This document shows positions 27,442-36,726 of a stretch of 64,000 nt of DNA, in pieces. The stretch is taken from assembly GCA_964461055.1 (NCBI GenBank), contig CAYWSG010000006.1, positions 7,198 through 71,197 of the forward strand, written 5' to 3'. A program made the position numbers and the translations under genes. The notes beneath the pieces are model-generated. The model did no database searches and was not told the DNA's origin. It saw nothing but the letters and a program-made list of their open reading frames with translations. Numbering within the stretch: the stretch's first letter is position 1; the number at the start of each line of letters is the position of its first letter. Source of the DNA: an uncultured Enterobacteriaceae bacterium. GTDB lineage: Bacteria > Pseudomonadota > Gammaproteobacteria > Burkholderiales > SG8-39.

Positions 27442-28254
27442 TCACGTGGCCGCGTGGCGCTCCTTGATGATGGCAAGAACCTCGTCGGGGTCGCGCCGCC
27501 ACCAGTACTCCGAGAAGATCTCGACCTCGTGCAGGCCGCCGTAGCCGGCGCCCTCCACCCAGCCGCGCAGCCGCGGCAGGTCGATGACGCCGTCGCCCAT
27601 CATGCCCCGATCGTTCAGCAGGTCGCGCGTGGGCACGAGCCAGTCGCAGATGTGGTAGGCGAGCAGCCGATCCTTGCCCGCGCGGCGGATCTGCTGCTCG
27701 AGCTTCGGATCCCACCAGACGTGATACGCGTCGACGGCGACGCCGATTCCGTCGCCCAGCTCGTCGCAGAGGTCGAGCGCGTGCTCGAGCGTGTTGATGC
27801 ACGCGCGGTCGGCGGCCTGCATGGGGTGCAGCGGCTCGATGGCGAGCGGCACGCCTGCCTGCCGCGCCTCGGGAAGGATCCGCGCGAGTCCCTCCCGCAC
27901 CTCAGCCCTCGCGCGCGGCAGGTCCCTGGAGCCCTCCGCGAGGCCGCCGACGACGAGCACGAGGCACTGGGCGCCAAGGACGTGCGCCTCCTCGATCGCC
28001 CTGCGGTTGTCGTCGAGCCATCCGGGCTTGGTGAAGAAGCCCCCGCGGCAAAGACCGCTGACCACGAGCCCGTGCTGGTCGATGAGCGCTTTCGCTTTCG
28101 CCAGGCCCAGGGCGGCGACCTGGTCCCGCCAGGGCGAGATCCCGCGGAAGCCATGCCGCGCGCAGCCCTCGATGATCTGCGCGAGGCTCCATTGCTTGCG
28201 AACCGTGGCGCCGTTCAGCGAGAGCCTGTCGGCGCCCGGCGCGGTCAGCGGCAT
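27442..28254 (-). CDS. sugar phosphate isomerase/epimerase (xylose isomerase-like TIM barrel)
   Basis: ORF 27442-28419 trimmed to MPLTAPGADRLSLNG, 270 aa. AP_endonuc_2-like pattern (LAIEPLHP, AYHICD). Overlaps the upstream gene by 10 nt. Confidence 0.75.
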   Translation of the reverse strand: MPLTAPGADRLSLNGATVRKQWSLAQIIEGCARHGFRGISPWRDQVAALGLAKAKALIDQHGLVVSGLCRGGFFTKPGWLDDNRRAIEEAHVLGAQCLVLVVGGLAEGSRDLPRARAEVREGLARILPEARQAGVPLAIEPLHPMQAADRACINTLEHALDLCDELGDGIGVAVDAYHVWWDPKLEQQIRRAGKDRLLAYHICDWLVPTRDLLNDRGMMGDGVIDLPRLRGWVEGAGYGGLHEVEIFSEYWWRRDPDEVLAIIKERHAAT

Positions 28255-29420
28255 CCGTGCAGCGCGAGCAGCTCGCGCATGCGCCGGCAGGCGAGCTCCG
28301 GGTCGGCGAGCAGGCCGGCGGCGTCCGCCAGTCGGAAGAGCTCGGCGAAATGGAGCACGTTCCTGGCCGACTGCTGGCCGCCCACCATGACGAAGTGCTC
28401 CTGGTGGCCGTTCAGCCACGCCATGAAGACGACGCCCGTCTTGTAGAAGCGGGTCGGCGCCTGGAAGATGTGGCGCGACAGGGGCACGGTCGGCTCGAGG
28501 ATCTCTCGGAACTCATTCTTCTTGTTCTCGGCGAGGAAAGACAGCGCCTGGGACGCGGCCGGAGCGATGGAATCGAAGATGCCGAGCAGCGCGTCGGAAT
28601 GGCCCTGCGCGTCGCCCTCGATCAGCTCGGCGAAGTTGAAGTCGTCGCCCGTGTACATGCGCACGCCCGCGGGCAGGCGCCGCCGCATGGCGATCTCCTT
28701 CTCCTTGTCGAGAAGCGAGATCTTGATGCCGTCGACCTTCGTCCGGTTGCGCTCGATGATCGACAAGCATACGTCCATGGCCGCCTGGTGGTCCGCCGCG
28801 CCCCAGTAGCCTGCGAGCGCCGGGTCGAACATCTCGCCCAGCCAATGGATGATGACCGGCTCCTTCACCTGGGACAGGATGCGGTCGTAGACCCGCGCGT
28901 AGTCCTCCGGCGTGCGCGCCGCCGCGGCGAGCGCGCGGCTCGCCATGAGGATGATGCGGCCGCCGAGCTTCTCGATGGCGCCGCACTGCATCTCGTAGGC
29001 GGCGACGATGTCCTCGATCGAATGCTTGCGGGCGCCGTCCAGATGATCGGTGCCCGCCCCCGAGGCGACGCGCGCGCCCGGCACATCCCGTGACATCTCC
29101 ACCGATCTGCGGACCAGCTCCAGCGAGCTCGGCCAGTCGAGGCCCATGCCGCGCTGCGCGGTGTCCATGGCCTCGGCGACGCCGAAGCCCCAGGACCAGA
29201 GGTGGCGGCGGTAGGCGAGGGTCGCGTCCCAGTCAATGGCGGCTTCGAGCCAGGGCTCGCGCGTGGAGAACGGGTCGGCGACGACGTGCGCCGCCGCGAG
29301 AGCGACGCGGGTAAACGGCTTGTCAGGCCGCCGGAAGGCCTTCGGCGCCCGGACGGCATGCTCTTCCAGCCGTCCGCCGGCCACCGGCAGCTTGATGGTG
29401 AGGATGGTATCGCGCTTCAT
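28245..29420 (-). CDS. DUF993 / dihydrodipicolinate-synthase-fold protein
   Basis: Tail of ORF 28245-30032, from MKRDTILTIKLP, 391 aa. Recognised by overall resemblance to DUF993 proteins that co-occur with Gfo/Idh/MocA and TIM-barrel genes. Confidence 0.6.
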   Translation of the reverse strand: MKRDTILTIKLPVAGGRLEEHAVRAPKAFRRPDKPFTRVALAAAHVVADPFSTREPWLEAAIDWDATLAYRRHLWSWGFGVAEAMDTAQRGMGLDWPSSLELVRRSVEMSRDVPGARVASGAGTDHLDGARKHSIEDIVAAYEMQCGAIEKLGGRIILMASRALAAAARTPEDYARVYDRILSQVKEPVIIHWLGEMFDPALAGYWGAADHQAAMDVCLSIIERNRTKVDGIKISLLDKEKEIAMRRRLPAGVRMYTGDDFNFAELIEGDAQGHSDALLGIFDSIAPAASQALSFLAENKKNEFREILEPTVPLSRHIFQAPTRFYKTGVVFMAWLNGHQEHFVMVGGQQSARNVLHFAELFRLADAAGLLADPELACRRMRELLALHGCR

Positions 29421-29437
29421 GCTTGCCTTGTCCCGCC

Positions 29438-30601
29438 TTATGCCTTGAGCCTTGGCACGTCGAGCCACTTGCGCTGCCGCCAGCTCTTCAGGCCGAGCTC
29501 CGCGAGCTGCACGCCCTTCGCGCCTTCGAGCAGATCCCAGCGAAAGCGCCTCTCTTCTCCGGCTACGTGGCGCAGGAAGAGTTCCCATTGCGCCTTGAAG
29601 GCATTGTCGTAATCCTCGTCCGGCACTTCCTTCCACCCGGCGAAGAAGTCGATGGGCTGCGGGATGTCCGGATTCCATACGGGCTTGGGCGTCTCGGCAT
29701 AGGACTGCGTGAAGCATCGGCGCAGGCCCGCCACGGCGCTGCCCTGCGTGCCGTCCACCTGCAACGTCAGGAGATCGTCGCGCCGCACGCGCACCGTCCA
29801 CGCCGAGTTGAAGTGGGCGACCACGCCCCCGGCGAGCTGGAAGGTGGCGTAGGCGGCGTCGTCCGCCGTGGCCTTGTACTTTCTTCCCGACTCGTCCCAC
29901 CGGTGCGGCACGTGCGTCGCGCCGAGGCAGCTCACGGCGCGCACCTCGCCGAACAGGTTGTCCATCACGTAGCGCCAGTGGCACAGCATGTCGAGGATGA
30001 TCCCGCCGCCGTCTTTCTTGCGGTAGTTCCACGACGGGCGCTGCGCCGGCGGCTGGCCGCGCGCCGGGTCGCCCTCGAACACCCAGTAGCCGAACTCGCC
30101 GCGCACCGACAGGATGCGCCCGAAGAAACCCTCGTCGCGCAGCTTCTTCAGCTTGAGCAGGCCCGGGAGCCAGAGCTTGTCCTGCACGACGCCGTGCTTC
30201 ACCTTCGCCTTCTTTGCCGCTGCGTACAGGCTCCTCGCCTCCGCAAGCGTGGTCGCCACCGGCTTCTCGCAGTAGACGTGCTTGCTCGCCGCGATGGCGC
30301 GCTTGAGCAGCCGGGGACGCAGGTTGGTGGACGCGGCGTCGAAGAAGATCGCATCATCGCGGCTCTTCAGCGCCGCATCGAGATCGGTCGTCCAGCGATC
30401 GATCCCGTGCTCGCGCGCGAGCGCCTCGACCTTCGCCGCGTTGCGCCCCACGAGCAGCGGGTCCGGCATGAGCCGGGTGCCGTCCCTGAGCGCGACGCCG
30501 CCCTGCTCGCGGATCGCCAGGATGGATCGAACGAGATGCTGGTTGGTGCCCATGCGGCCGGTGACGCCGTGCATGACGACGCCGATGCGCTTTTCGGTCA
30601 T
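29438..30601 (-). CDS. Gfo/Idh/MocA family oxidoreductase
   Basis: 387 aa with N-terminal nucleotide-binding [12 protein letters not shown] and the CEKPVA motif. Confidence 0.85.
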   Translation of the reverse strand: MTEKRIGVVMHGVTGRMGTNQHLVRSILAIREQGGVALRDGTRLMPDPLLVGRNAAKVEALAREHGIDRWTTDLDAALKSRDDAIFFDAASTNLRPRLLKRAIAASKHVYCEKPVATTLAEARSLYAAAKKAKVKHGVVQDKLWLPGLLKLKKLRDEGFFGRILSVRGEFGYWVFEGDPARGQPPAQRPSWNYRKKDGGGIILDMLCHWRYVMDNLFGEVRAVSCLGATHVPHRWDESGRKYKATADDAAYATFQLAGGVVAHFNSAWTVRVRRDDLLTLQVDGTQGSAVAGLRRCFTQSYAETPKPVWNPDIPQPIDFFAGWKEVPDEDYDNAFKAQWELFLRHVAGEERRFRWDLLEGAKGVQLAELGLKSWRQRKWLDVPRLKA

Positions 30602-30617
30602 TTCCTGTCGTGCTCCC

Positions 30618-32039
30618 TCATTTCGTTTCCATCGGTTTCATGCGCGTCCAGTCGGGCAGCGCGCCGCTCGCGAATCCCGGGCACCCGAGCGAGCCGATGG
30701 CGAGCTCGCCGCCCGAGATCCTGAGCCGCACGGCGCCGTGGCTGCGCTCGTAGAGATCGGCATGCGCCTCGAGAAAGGCCGCCTGCTCTTCCTCGGGAAG
30801 CCCCGCCATGCCGTTCACGTAGTGGTGGCCGTTGCGCTCGACGTGCCCGAGCCCGAGCAGGGAGGCGAGCGCGAGGTCCTGCTGCACCGCGAGGCCGGCC
30901 TGCGTCGTGAGATCCTCGCCGGAGAGGAAGTAGCGGCTGGAGCCCTCCTCGCGGTTCCAGAGCTGGCAACGCGCAGCGTTGAGGATCGACTTGTAGAGGC
31001 CCTTGCAGGCCTTCGACGACACGCCGGTGTAGCCCCGGCGCCGCGCCATGGGAAACGACTCGAGCGAGTCGTCCGACTCGTCGATGATCACCGGCTTCTC
31101 CTCGGCGAGCTCCGAGACGTCCTCGGTCAGCGCGTACTCCCGCTTGATCGGCTGCTCGATGAAGGCGATGCTCGCCGCGAGCTGCTTGAGGCGCGGATCC
31201 TTTCGCACCCGCCGCCAGAGCTCGAGCACGCCCTCGGCGTCCTCGTACTGCTCGTTGCCGTCGAGGGTCGCCTGGTAGCGCCCGCCCGCGGCGGCGAAGT
31301 GGCGATCGAGCACGGCGGCGATGGCCGCGAGGCGCTCGAGGTCGGCGACCGGATCGCCGGAGACCTTCAGCTTGAACCAGCGGTGGCCGTAGCGGTGCAC
31401 CGCCTCTTCCAGCGTCTCGGGCAGGCCGTCTCCGGCGGGCGCCTGCACTTCCGCGGGCGTGAGCGGATCGACAAGCCCTACCGTATGGCGGGCGGCAATC
31501 GACGTCCGCGGCGCAAGGCCATGGAGGAACTCGTCCATGTCGAACGCCATGAGGTCGGCCTGCCAGCCCGGGGCGGTAATCCCCGGCGCGTTCCTCGCGA
31601 CCGCGTCGTAGAACGACACGCCGAGCGCCCGGCAAAGAGCGTCGAGCACGGCCCGGTCGATGAGCGCCGGTCCATAGCACGCGACGAGGCTGTTCAGGCC
31701 CTGCAGCGCGCCCATGGCGATCTGCGGCGCATAGTTGTCGATGGAATGGCCGAACGCCGTGTTGGCCGGCCCGGCGAGATAGCTCGCCTTCGCGAGCGCA
31801 AGCGAGGCCCGAAGCTGCGCGAAGTTCTCCTCGTTCGTGAGCTCCGGGCTCTTGTCGAACCACTTGGGCACCAGGAGCTCCGCCGCCCCGCCCGTGCCGG
31901 CGCGTCCGTCCTCGAGCTCGATCGCCACCCGGACGAGCGCCTGCGGCGCCTCGGTCAGCGTCACCACGCCGAAGCGAAAGGGCAGCCGCAGCTTCACGTC
32001 GCGCTCGAAGAGATCGATCGCCTTGATGACGAATCTCAT
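30618..32039 (-). CDS. atypical long enolase-superfamily protein (MLE-subgroup-like residues)
   Basis: Tail of ORF 30618-32819, from [11 protein letters not shown], 473 aa. Candidate KxK FKLKVSG, metal ligands LDGNEQY / FIEQP / IIDESD, and second Lys SSKACKG. Confidence 0.65.
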   Translation of the reverse strand: MRFVIKAIDLFERDVKLRLPFRFGVVTLTEAPQALVRVAIELEDGRAGTGGAAELLVPKWFDKSPELTNEENFAQLRASLALAKASYLAGPANTAFGHSIDNYAPQIAMGALQGLNSLVACYGPALIDRAVLDALCRALGVSFYDAVARNAPGITAPGWQADLMAFDMDEFLHGLAPRTSIAARHTVGLVDPLTPAEVQAPAGDGLPETLEEAVHRYGHRWFKLKVSGDPVADLERLAAIAAVLDRHFAAAGGRYQATLDGNEQYEDAEGVLELWRRVRKDPRLKQLAASIAFIEQPIKREYALTEDVSELAEEKPVIIDESDDSLESFPMARRRGYTGVSSKACKGLYKSILNAARCQLWNREEGSSRYFLSGEDLTTQAGLAVQQDLALASLLGLGHVERNGHHYVNGMAGLPEEEQAAFLEAHADLYERSHGAVRLRISGGELAIGSLGCPGFASGALPDWTRMKPMETK

Positions 32040-32872
32040 GCCGCCTCCAGCGCCTCGAGGATGCCGCGGACGTAGCCGATCGCCCGCGCTGCCGCGCCGG
32101 GACCGTCGGGCACGTAGTCGAACGGCTCCACGGCGAGGTCCCCCGCGTAGCCGAGCCGCTTCAGCGCCGCGAGAAGGGGCGCGAAGCGCTGCTCGCCCTG
32201 CCCCGGGCCCCTTCGGTTCGGATCGTTCAGCTGCACGTGCGCGATCATTCCGGCAGGGAGCCAGCGCTCGACGAGCGCGTGCAGGGGCTCGCGCTCCATC
32301 CGGGCGGCGGCGCTGCAGTCGAGCATCGTGCGCACGCTCGCCGAGCCGATCGAGGCCACCATCGCCGCGGCCTCCGCCAGCGTGTTGAGGAGCGGCGTCT
32401 GCGGCGCCCCGAGCGGCTCGATGCAGTACACGACGCCGGCCTTCGCGGCGCGCTCGGCCACGCGGGCAAAGCATTCCTGGGCGCGGGCGAGGGCTGCTTC
32501 GCGCGTGTCGCCCTCGTCGATGCGCCGCTGCTGCGGCGAGCCGTGCACGAGGTAGCGCCCGCCGAGCGCGGCGCACAGGTCGACGAGCGCGAGCATCACC
32601 TCGACGGTCCGCTGCCGCGTGGCGTCGTCCCGCGTGCTGATCGACAGGCCGGCCGGCTTGACGAGCAGCCAGTGAAGCCCCGTGATCGCAATGCCCGCCT
32701 GCGCCGCGGCCCGACGGGCCGCGCTCACCTCGGCCTCGCTCATCCGATGCGGCGCCTCGGCGAGCGTGTAGGGCGCGACTTCGAGGCCATCGTAGCCGAG
32801 CGTCCTCGCGAGCGCGCATTGCTCGGCGAACGGCATGGCGCCGAGGACCTCGTTGCAGAGCGCGACCCTCAT
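32036..32872 (-). CDS. sugar phosphate isomerase/epimerase (xylose isomerase-like TIM barrel)
   Basis: ORF trimmed to MRVALCNEVLG, 278 aa. ATGA overlaps at both ends (TetR upstream, enolase-like downstream). Confidence 0.75.
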   Translation of the reverse strand: MRVALCNEVLGAMPFAEQCALARTLGYDGLEVAPYTLAEAPHRMSEAEVSAARRAAAQAGIAITGLHWLLVKPAGLSISTRDDATRQRTVEVMLALVDLCAALGGRYLVHGSPQQRRIDEGDTREAALARAQECFARVAERAAKAGVVYCIEPLGAPQTPLLNTLAEAAAMVASIGSASVRTMLDCSAAARMEREPLHALVERWLPAGMIAHVQLNDPNRRGPGQGEQRFAPLLAALKRLGYAGDLAVEPFDYVPDGPGAAARAIGYVRGILEALEAA

Positions 32873-33501
32873 GCCGCCTTGCGCATCGCGTGGAGGATCA
32901 TGCTCGCGTTGTGCCGCGCCCGGGCGGCAAGCGCGCGCGGATGCATGAGGTCGCGGCCGAAGATGCGGGAGAGCGTGAAGCGGTTGCTGAGGTAGAAATA
33001 GCACTCGCCGGCGATCGAGATGTAGAGCTGCACCGGATCCACCCCGCGCCGGAAGAGCCCTTCGCGCTCGCCGCGGCGCAGGATGTGGCGGAGCGTACCG
33101 ACGAGCGGCGAATGGATCTCGCGCACGCGGCGCGAGCGGGCCACGTGGCGGCCCTTGTGCAGGTTCTCGCTGTTCAGGAGCGTCATGAACTCGGGATGCT
33201 CGAGGAAATAGCGCCAGGTGAAGGCGACGAGCCGCCTCAGCGCCTCGCGCGGATCCTTGTGCTCGAGGTCGAGCGAGCGCTCGGCCGCCCGGATGCGCGC
33301 ATAGCTCTCCTCCAGGACCGCGAGGAAGAGGTCCTCCTTCGCGCCGAAGTAGTGGTAGAGCATCCGCTTGTTGACCCTGGCGAGCGCGGCGATGCGATCG
33401 ACCCGCGCGCCGCCGAGGCCGTGGCGCGCGAACTCGCTCGTCGCCGCCTCGAGGATCCGCCGTCGCGTGCGCTCGGGGTCGCGGGCGCCGTTCGTCCGCA
33501 T
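32869..33501 (-). CDS. TetR/AcrR family transcriptional regulator
   Basis: 210 aa with HTH GGARVDRIAALARVNKRMLYHYF. Paralogue of the TetR at 45931-46641. Confidence 0.9.
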   Translation of the reverse strand: MRTNGARDPERTRRRILEAATSEFARHGLGGARVDRIAALARVNKRMLYHYFGAKEDLFLAVLEESYARIRAAERSLDLEHKDPREALRRLVAFTWRYFLEHPEFMTLLNSENLHKGRHVARSRRVREIHSPLVGTLRHILRRGEREGLFRRGVDPVQLYISIAGECYFYLSNRFTLSRIFGRDLMHPRALAARARHNASMILHAMRKAA

Positions 33502-33508
33502 GCCGGCC

Positions 33509-34300
33509 TCATTCCATCCCGAGCAGCCGGTACACCCGCCTCGTGTACTCGCCGAAGCGCTCCTGGGTCTTGACGTCGAGCGTGCGCGGGTGAGGGAGCT
33601 CCACCGGGAAGTTGTCGGCCATGCGCGCGGGCCCGGCCGTCAGCACGACGACACGCGTGCCGAGGAAGACCGCCTCGGAGATGCCGTGCGTGACGAAGAC
33701 GATCGTCTTGCCCGACTCCTTCCAGATGCGCAGGAGCTCCAGGTTCATCTTCTCGCGCGTGAGCGCGTCGAGCGCGCCGAAGGGCTCGTCCATCAGGACG
33801 AGCTTCGGGTCGTGCACGAGCGCGCGCGCGATAGCGGCGCGCTGCTGCATGCCGCCCGAGAGTTCGTAGGGGTACTTGTCCTCGTAGCCGGAGAGGCCGA
33901 CGAGCGCGAGGAGCGCGCGCGCGCGCTCGCGCGCCTCGGCGGCCGGCAGGCCGAGGATCTCGGCCGGCAGCAGCACGTTCTGCAGGATGCGGCGCCACTT
34001 CAGAAGGAGCGGCGCCTGGAACACCATGCCGACGTCGCGCGCCGGGTCGAAGGGATGCTCGGCCGAGCCGATGCGCACCTCGCCGCCGTCGTGCTCGTGC
34101 AGGCCGGCGAGGACCTTGAGGAGCGTCGACTTGCCGCAGCCCGAGGGCCCCACCAGCGACACGAGCTCGCCCGGCATCACGTCGAACGTCGCATCGGAGA
34201 TGGCGAGATGCTCCTCCTTCCCGCGCCGGTAGACCTTGCGCACGCCGGCCAGGTGTATGAAGGGCTCGCGCGCCCCCGTCGTCGAATGCATGTCCTTCAT
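33509..34300 (-). CDS. ABC transporter ATP-binding protein (NitT/TauT nitrate/sulfonate/bicarbonate family)
   Basis: 263 aa. Walker A GPSGCGKST, signature LSGGMQQR, Walker B LVLMDEPF. Confidence 0.9.
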   Translation of the reverse strand: MKDMHSTTGAREPFIHLAGVRKVYRRGKEEHLAISDATFDVMPGELVSLVGPSGCGKSTLLKVLAGLHEHDGGEVRIGSAEHPFDPARDVGMVFQAPLLLKWRRILQNVLLPAEILGLPAAEARERARALLALVGLSGYEDKYPYELSGGMQQRAAIARALVHDPKLVLMDEPFGALDALTREKMNLELLRIWKESGKTIVFVTHGISEAVFLGTRVVVLTAGPARMADNFPVELPHPRTLDVKTQERFGEYTRRVYRLLGME

Positions 34301-34306
34301 GCGCGG

Positions 34307-35065
34307 CTAGGCGAGGCGCGCGTCCTTCGGCACGAGCAGGCGCTCGAGCAGGAGCACGATGCCGTAGAGAACCATGCCGATCAGGGTGATGAGCAGCACC
34401 GCCATGAACATGGCCGGCGTGTCGAGCGTCACCTGCACCTGGAGCATCAGGTAGCCGAGGCCTTTGTCGGAGCCGAGGAACTCGCCCACGATCGCGCCGG
34501 CGACGGCGAGGATGGCCGCCACCTTCATGCCGGAGAAGATGTAGGGCAGCGCGCCGGGAAGCTGGATCTTGGTGAAGAGCTGCCAGCGCGAGCCCTTCAG
34601 CGAGCGCACGAGGTCGAGAAGCTCCGGCTCGATCTCGCGCAGGCCGCGCGCGGTGGTGAGCAGGATCGGGAACACGCAGATCGAGAAGGCCATGAGCGTG
34701 TTCGGGAAGATGCCGTACTTGAACCACACGATGATGAGCGGGCCGAGCGCCACCTTCGGGATCATGTTGAGCGAGACGAAGAGCGGCATGAAGAACGCCT
34801 CGAGCGGCTTCGACCAGGTGAAGGCGAGCGCCAGGGCCACGCCCACCACCAGGGCGATGAAGTAGCCGCCGAAGATCTCGGTGGCGGTCACGGAGACGTT
34901 GCGCCACCAGTCGTAGTTCGGCTCGAGGAGGGCCTCCAGCGTCGCCCCGGGCGAGGGCATGACGAACTTGGGGACCTCCCCCAGCTTCACGAACAGGTAC
35001 CAAGCGACGATGAGCGCCACGTGCGCGAGCACGGCGAGCGTGATGCGTCCCCATTTGGCGTTCAT
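34307..35065 (-). CDS. ABC transporter permease (NitT/TauT family, BPD_transp_1)
   Basis: ORF trimmed to MNAKWGRITLAVL, 252 aa. EAA-type loop TTARGLREIEPELLDLVRSLKGSRWQLFTKIQLPGALP. Confidence 0.85.
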   Translation of the reverse strand: MNAKWGRITLAVLAHVALIVAWYLFVKLGEVPKFVMPSPGATLEALLEPNYDWWRNVSVTATEIFGGYFIALVVGVALALAFTWSKPLEAFFMPLFVSLNMIPKVALGPLIIVWFKYGIFPNTLMAFSICVFPILLTTARGLREIEPELLDLVRSLKGSRWQLFTKIQLPGALPYIFSGMKVAAILAVAGAIVGEFLGSDKGLGYLMLQVQVTLDTPAMFMAVLLITLIGMVLYGIVLLLERLLVPKDARLA

Positions 35066-35110
35066 GCCGGCCTCCCTGCTGTGATGGACGACGACAACCC
35101 GGCTTGACGA

Positions 35111-35138
35111 TGTAACTATCCGGTTACCCGATGGTAAC
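35111..35138. promoter_or_regulatory. candidate operator in the divergent permease/binding-protein control region
   Basis: TGTAAC-N6-GTTACC-cgat-GGTAAC. This includes a 6-bp inverted repeat with a 4-nt spacer plus a third half-site. It is the only AT-richer patch in the 103-nt intergenic region; TTGACG lies at 35104-35109. Confidence 0.4.
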
Positions 35139-35168
35139 ATCGCGACCATCTTCAACGAGGAGGCTCAC

Positions 35169-36176
35169 ATGCGAAATGTTGCAGGCATCGCCGCCGCTGC
35201 CGCGCTGGCGACCCTGGCCGTCCCGGCGGCCGCCCAGCAGAAGCTCGACTTCGTGCTGAACTGGGTGCCCGGCGGCGACCATGCGCCCTACTACTACGCC
35301 AAGCAGCAGGGCTGGTACGCCAAGGAGGGGATCGATCTCAACATCGAGCCCGGCAAGGGCTCGGCGCTCGCGGTGCAGAAGGTGGGCGCGGGGCAGAACC
35401 CGGTCGGCCTCGCGGACATGGCCAACGTGCTCACGCTGCGCGGCAAGGGCGCCGACGCGGTGGGCGTGTTCAACGTGTACGCGAACTCGCCGCAGGGCAT
35501 GTACTGGAAGAAAAGCTCCGGCATCAAGGGCATCAAGGACTTCCCCGGCAAGAAGATCGGCAACCCCGCGGCCGATGGCGCGCGCACCATGTGGCCGGCC
35601 CTCGCCAAGGCGAACGGCATCGACCCGAAGTCGGTCACCTGGGTGAACGTCGACGCGAACGCGAAGCTGGCGGCGCTCAAGGCGGGCTCGATCGACGTGA
35701 CGACCTCGTTCTACAACATCCACCACATCTTCCAGCGCGAGCTCGGCGCCGACATGGGCTTCCTCGCCTGGCGCGACGTAGGGCTCAATCCCTACGGCAA
35801 CTCGGTGATCGTCAACGGCGAGTTCCTAAAGGCGAACCGCCCGCTCATCGGCAAGTTCGTCGCCGTGACCCAGCGCGCCTTCGCCGCCTGCGTCGAGGCT
35901 CCGGAGCCCTGCGTCAAGGCGCTCGTCGCGGCGAACGGGGCGCTCAAGTTCGACAACGAGCTCACCAACTGGAAGCTCGTCGAGGTGCTGATGAGCGACA
36001 AGATCTCGCAGACGGTGGCGCTCGGCTGGCACGACGACGCGCGCATGAAGTCCGACTACGAGCTGGTGCGCGACTACGTCGGCATCGAGAAGCCGTACGA
36101 CGTGAAGAGCGCGTACACCAACCAGTTCCTCGACAAGTCGATCAAGATGAAGGCGGTCAAGGCGCCGGACGCCTGA
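35169..36176 (+). CDS. ABC transporter substrate-binding protein (NMT1/THI5-like, SsuA/TauA/ThiY family)
   Basis: 335 aa. Signal peptide, LNWVPGGDHAPYYYA motif, and GAGGAGG Shine-Dalgarno. Confidence 0.85.
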   Translation: MRNVAGIAAAAALATLAVPAAAQQKLDFVLNWVPGGDHAPYYYAKQQGWYAKEGIDLNIEPGKGSALAVQKVGAGQNPVGLADMANVLTLRGKGADAVGVFNVYANSPQGMYWKKSSGIKGIKDFPGKKIGNPAADGARTMWPALAKANGIDPKSVTWVNVDANAKLAALKAGSIDVTTSFYNIHHIFQRELGADMGFLAWRDVGLNPYGNSVIVNGEFLKANRPLIGKFVAVTQRAFAACVEAPEPCVKALVAANGALKFDNELTNWKLVEVLMSDKISQTVALGWHDDARMKSDYELVRDYVGIEKPYDVKSAYTNQFLDKSIKMKAVKAPDA

Positions 36177-36726
36177 CGAGCCGCCTTAGCCAATCGCGAA
36201 GCCTGCGGGTCCACGCGCGACCCGCAGGCGCTTCTTCCTTCAGCGAAGTCTTGAGCTCCGGCGGCTTTCCCGGCTCCGGAGCCTGCGGCCCGGACGCGCC
36301 GCCCGCAAAGCGCTTCTCCAGGCAATCGGCGAACTGGGCGGTCCGCTCGGTCGCCCGCTTCTCGAACAGCCGGTCGACGATCGGCTTCAGCTGCCCCGTC
36401 CCGGTGACGTCGAACACGCTCACGAGCGTCGTGCCGCGCCCGGCCGGCTCGAGCGCCACGTCGATGACCATGGTGAGGTGCTCGGCCTTCGCCACCGCGT
36501 GCAGGCGCCGCGGCGGGTCCTCCGACTCGATGACGGCGCGCAGCGTCAGGACCATCGGGATGACGCCGACCTTCTCCCTCACCGTGACGTCGGCGCTGCG
36601 ATCGTCGATCGGCTCGATTCGCTCCACCCCCGGGATGCACGTGCAGAGCGACCGGAAGTCGCGCAGGAAGCGCCATAGCGCCTCGGGCGAGGCGTCAACC
36701 GCGATCCGCGCTTCGCGCCGCGGCAC
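36157..36726 (-). CDS. SRPBCC-fold protein (CoxG-like)
   Basis: 189 aa. GTG start immediately follows the upstream stop. ARIAVDASPEALWRFLRDF pattern and a Pro/Arg-rich tail. Convergent 20-nt overlap with the binding-protein gene. Confidence 0.6.
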   Translation of the reverse strand: MPRREARIAVDASPEALWRFLRDFRSLCTCIPGVERIEPIDDRSADVTVREKVGVIPMVLTLRAVIESEDPPRRLHAVAKAEHLTMVIDVALEPAGRGTTLVSVFDVTGTGQLKPIVDRLFEKRATERTAQFADCLEKRFAGGASGPQAPEPGKPPELKTSLKEEAPAGRAWTRRLRDWLRRLVRRPAP

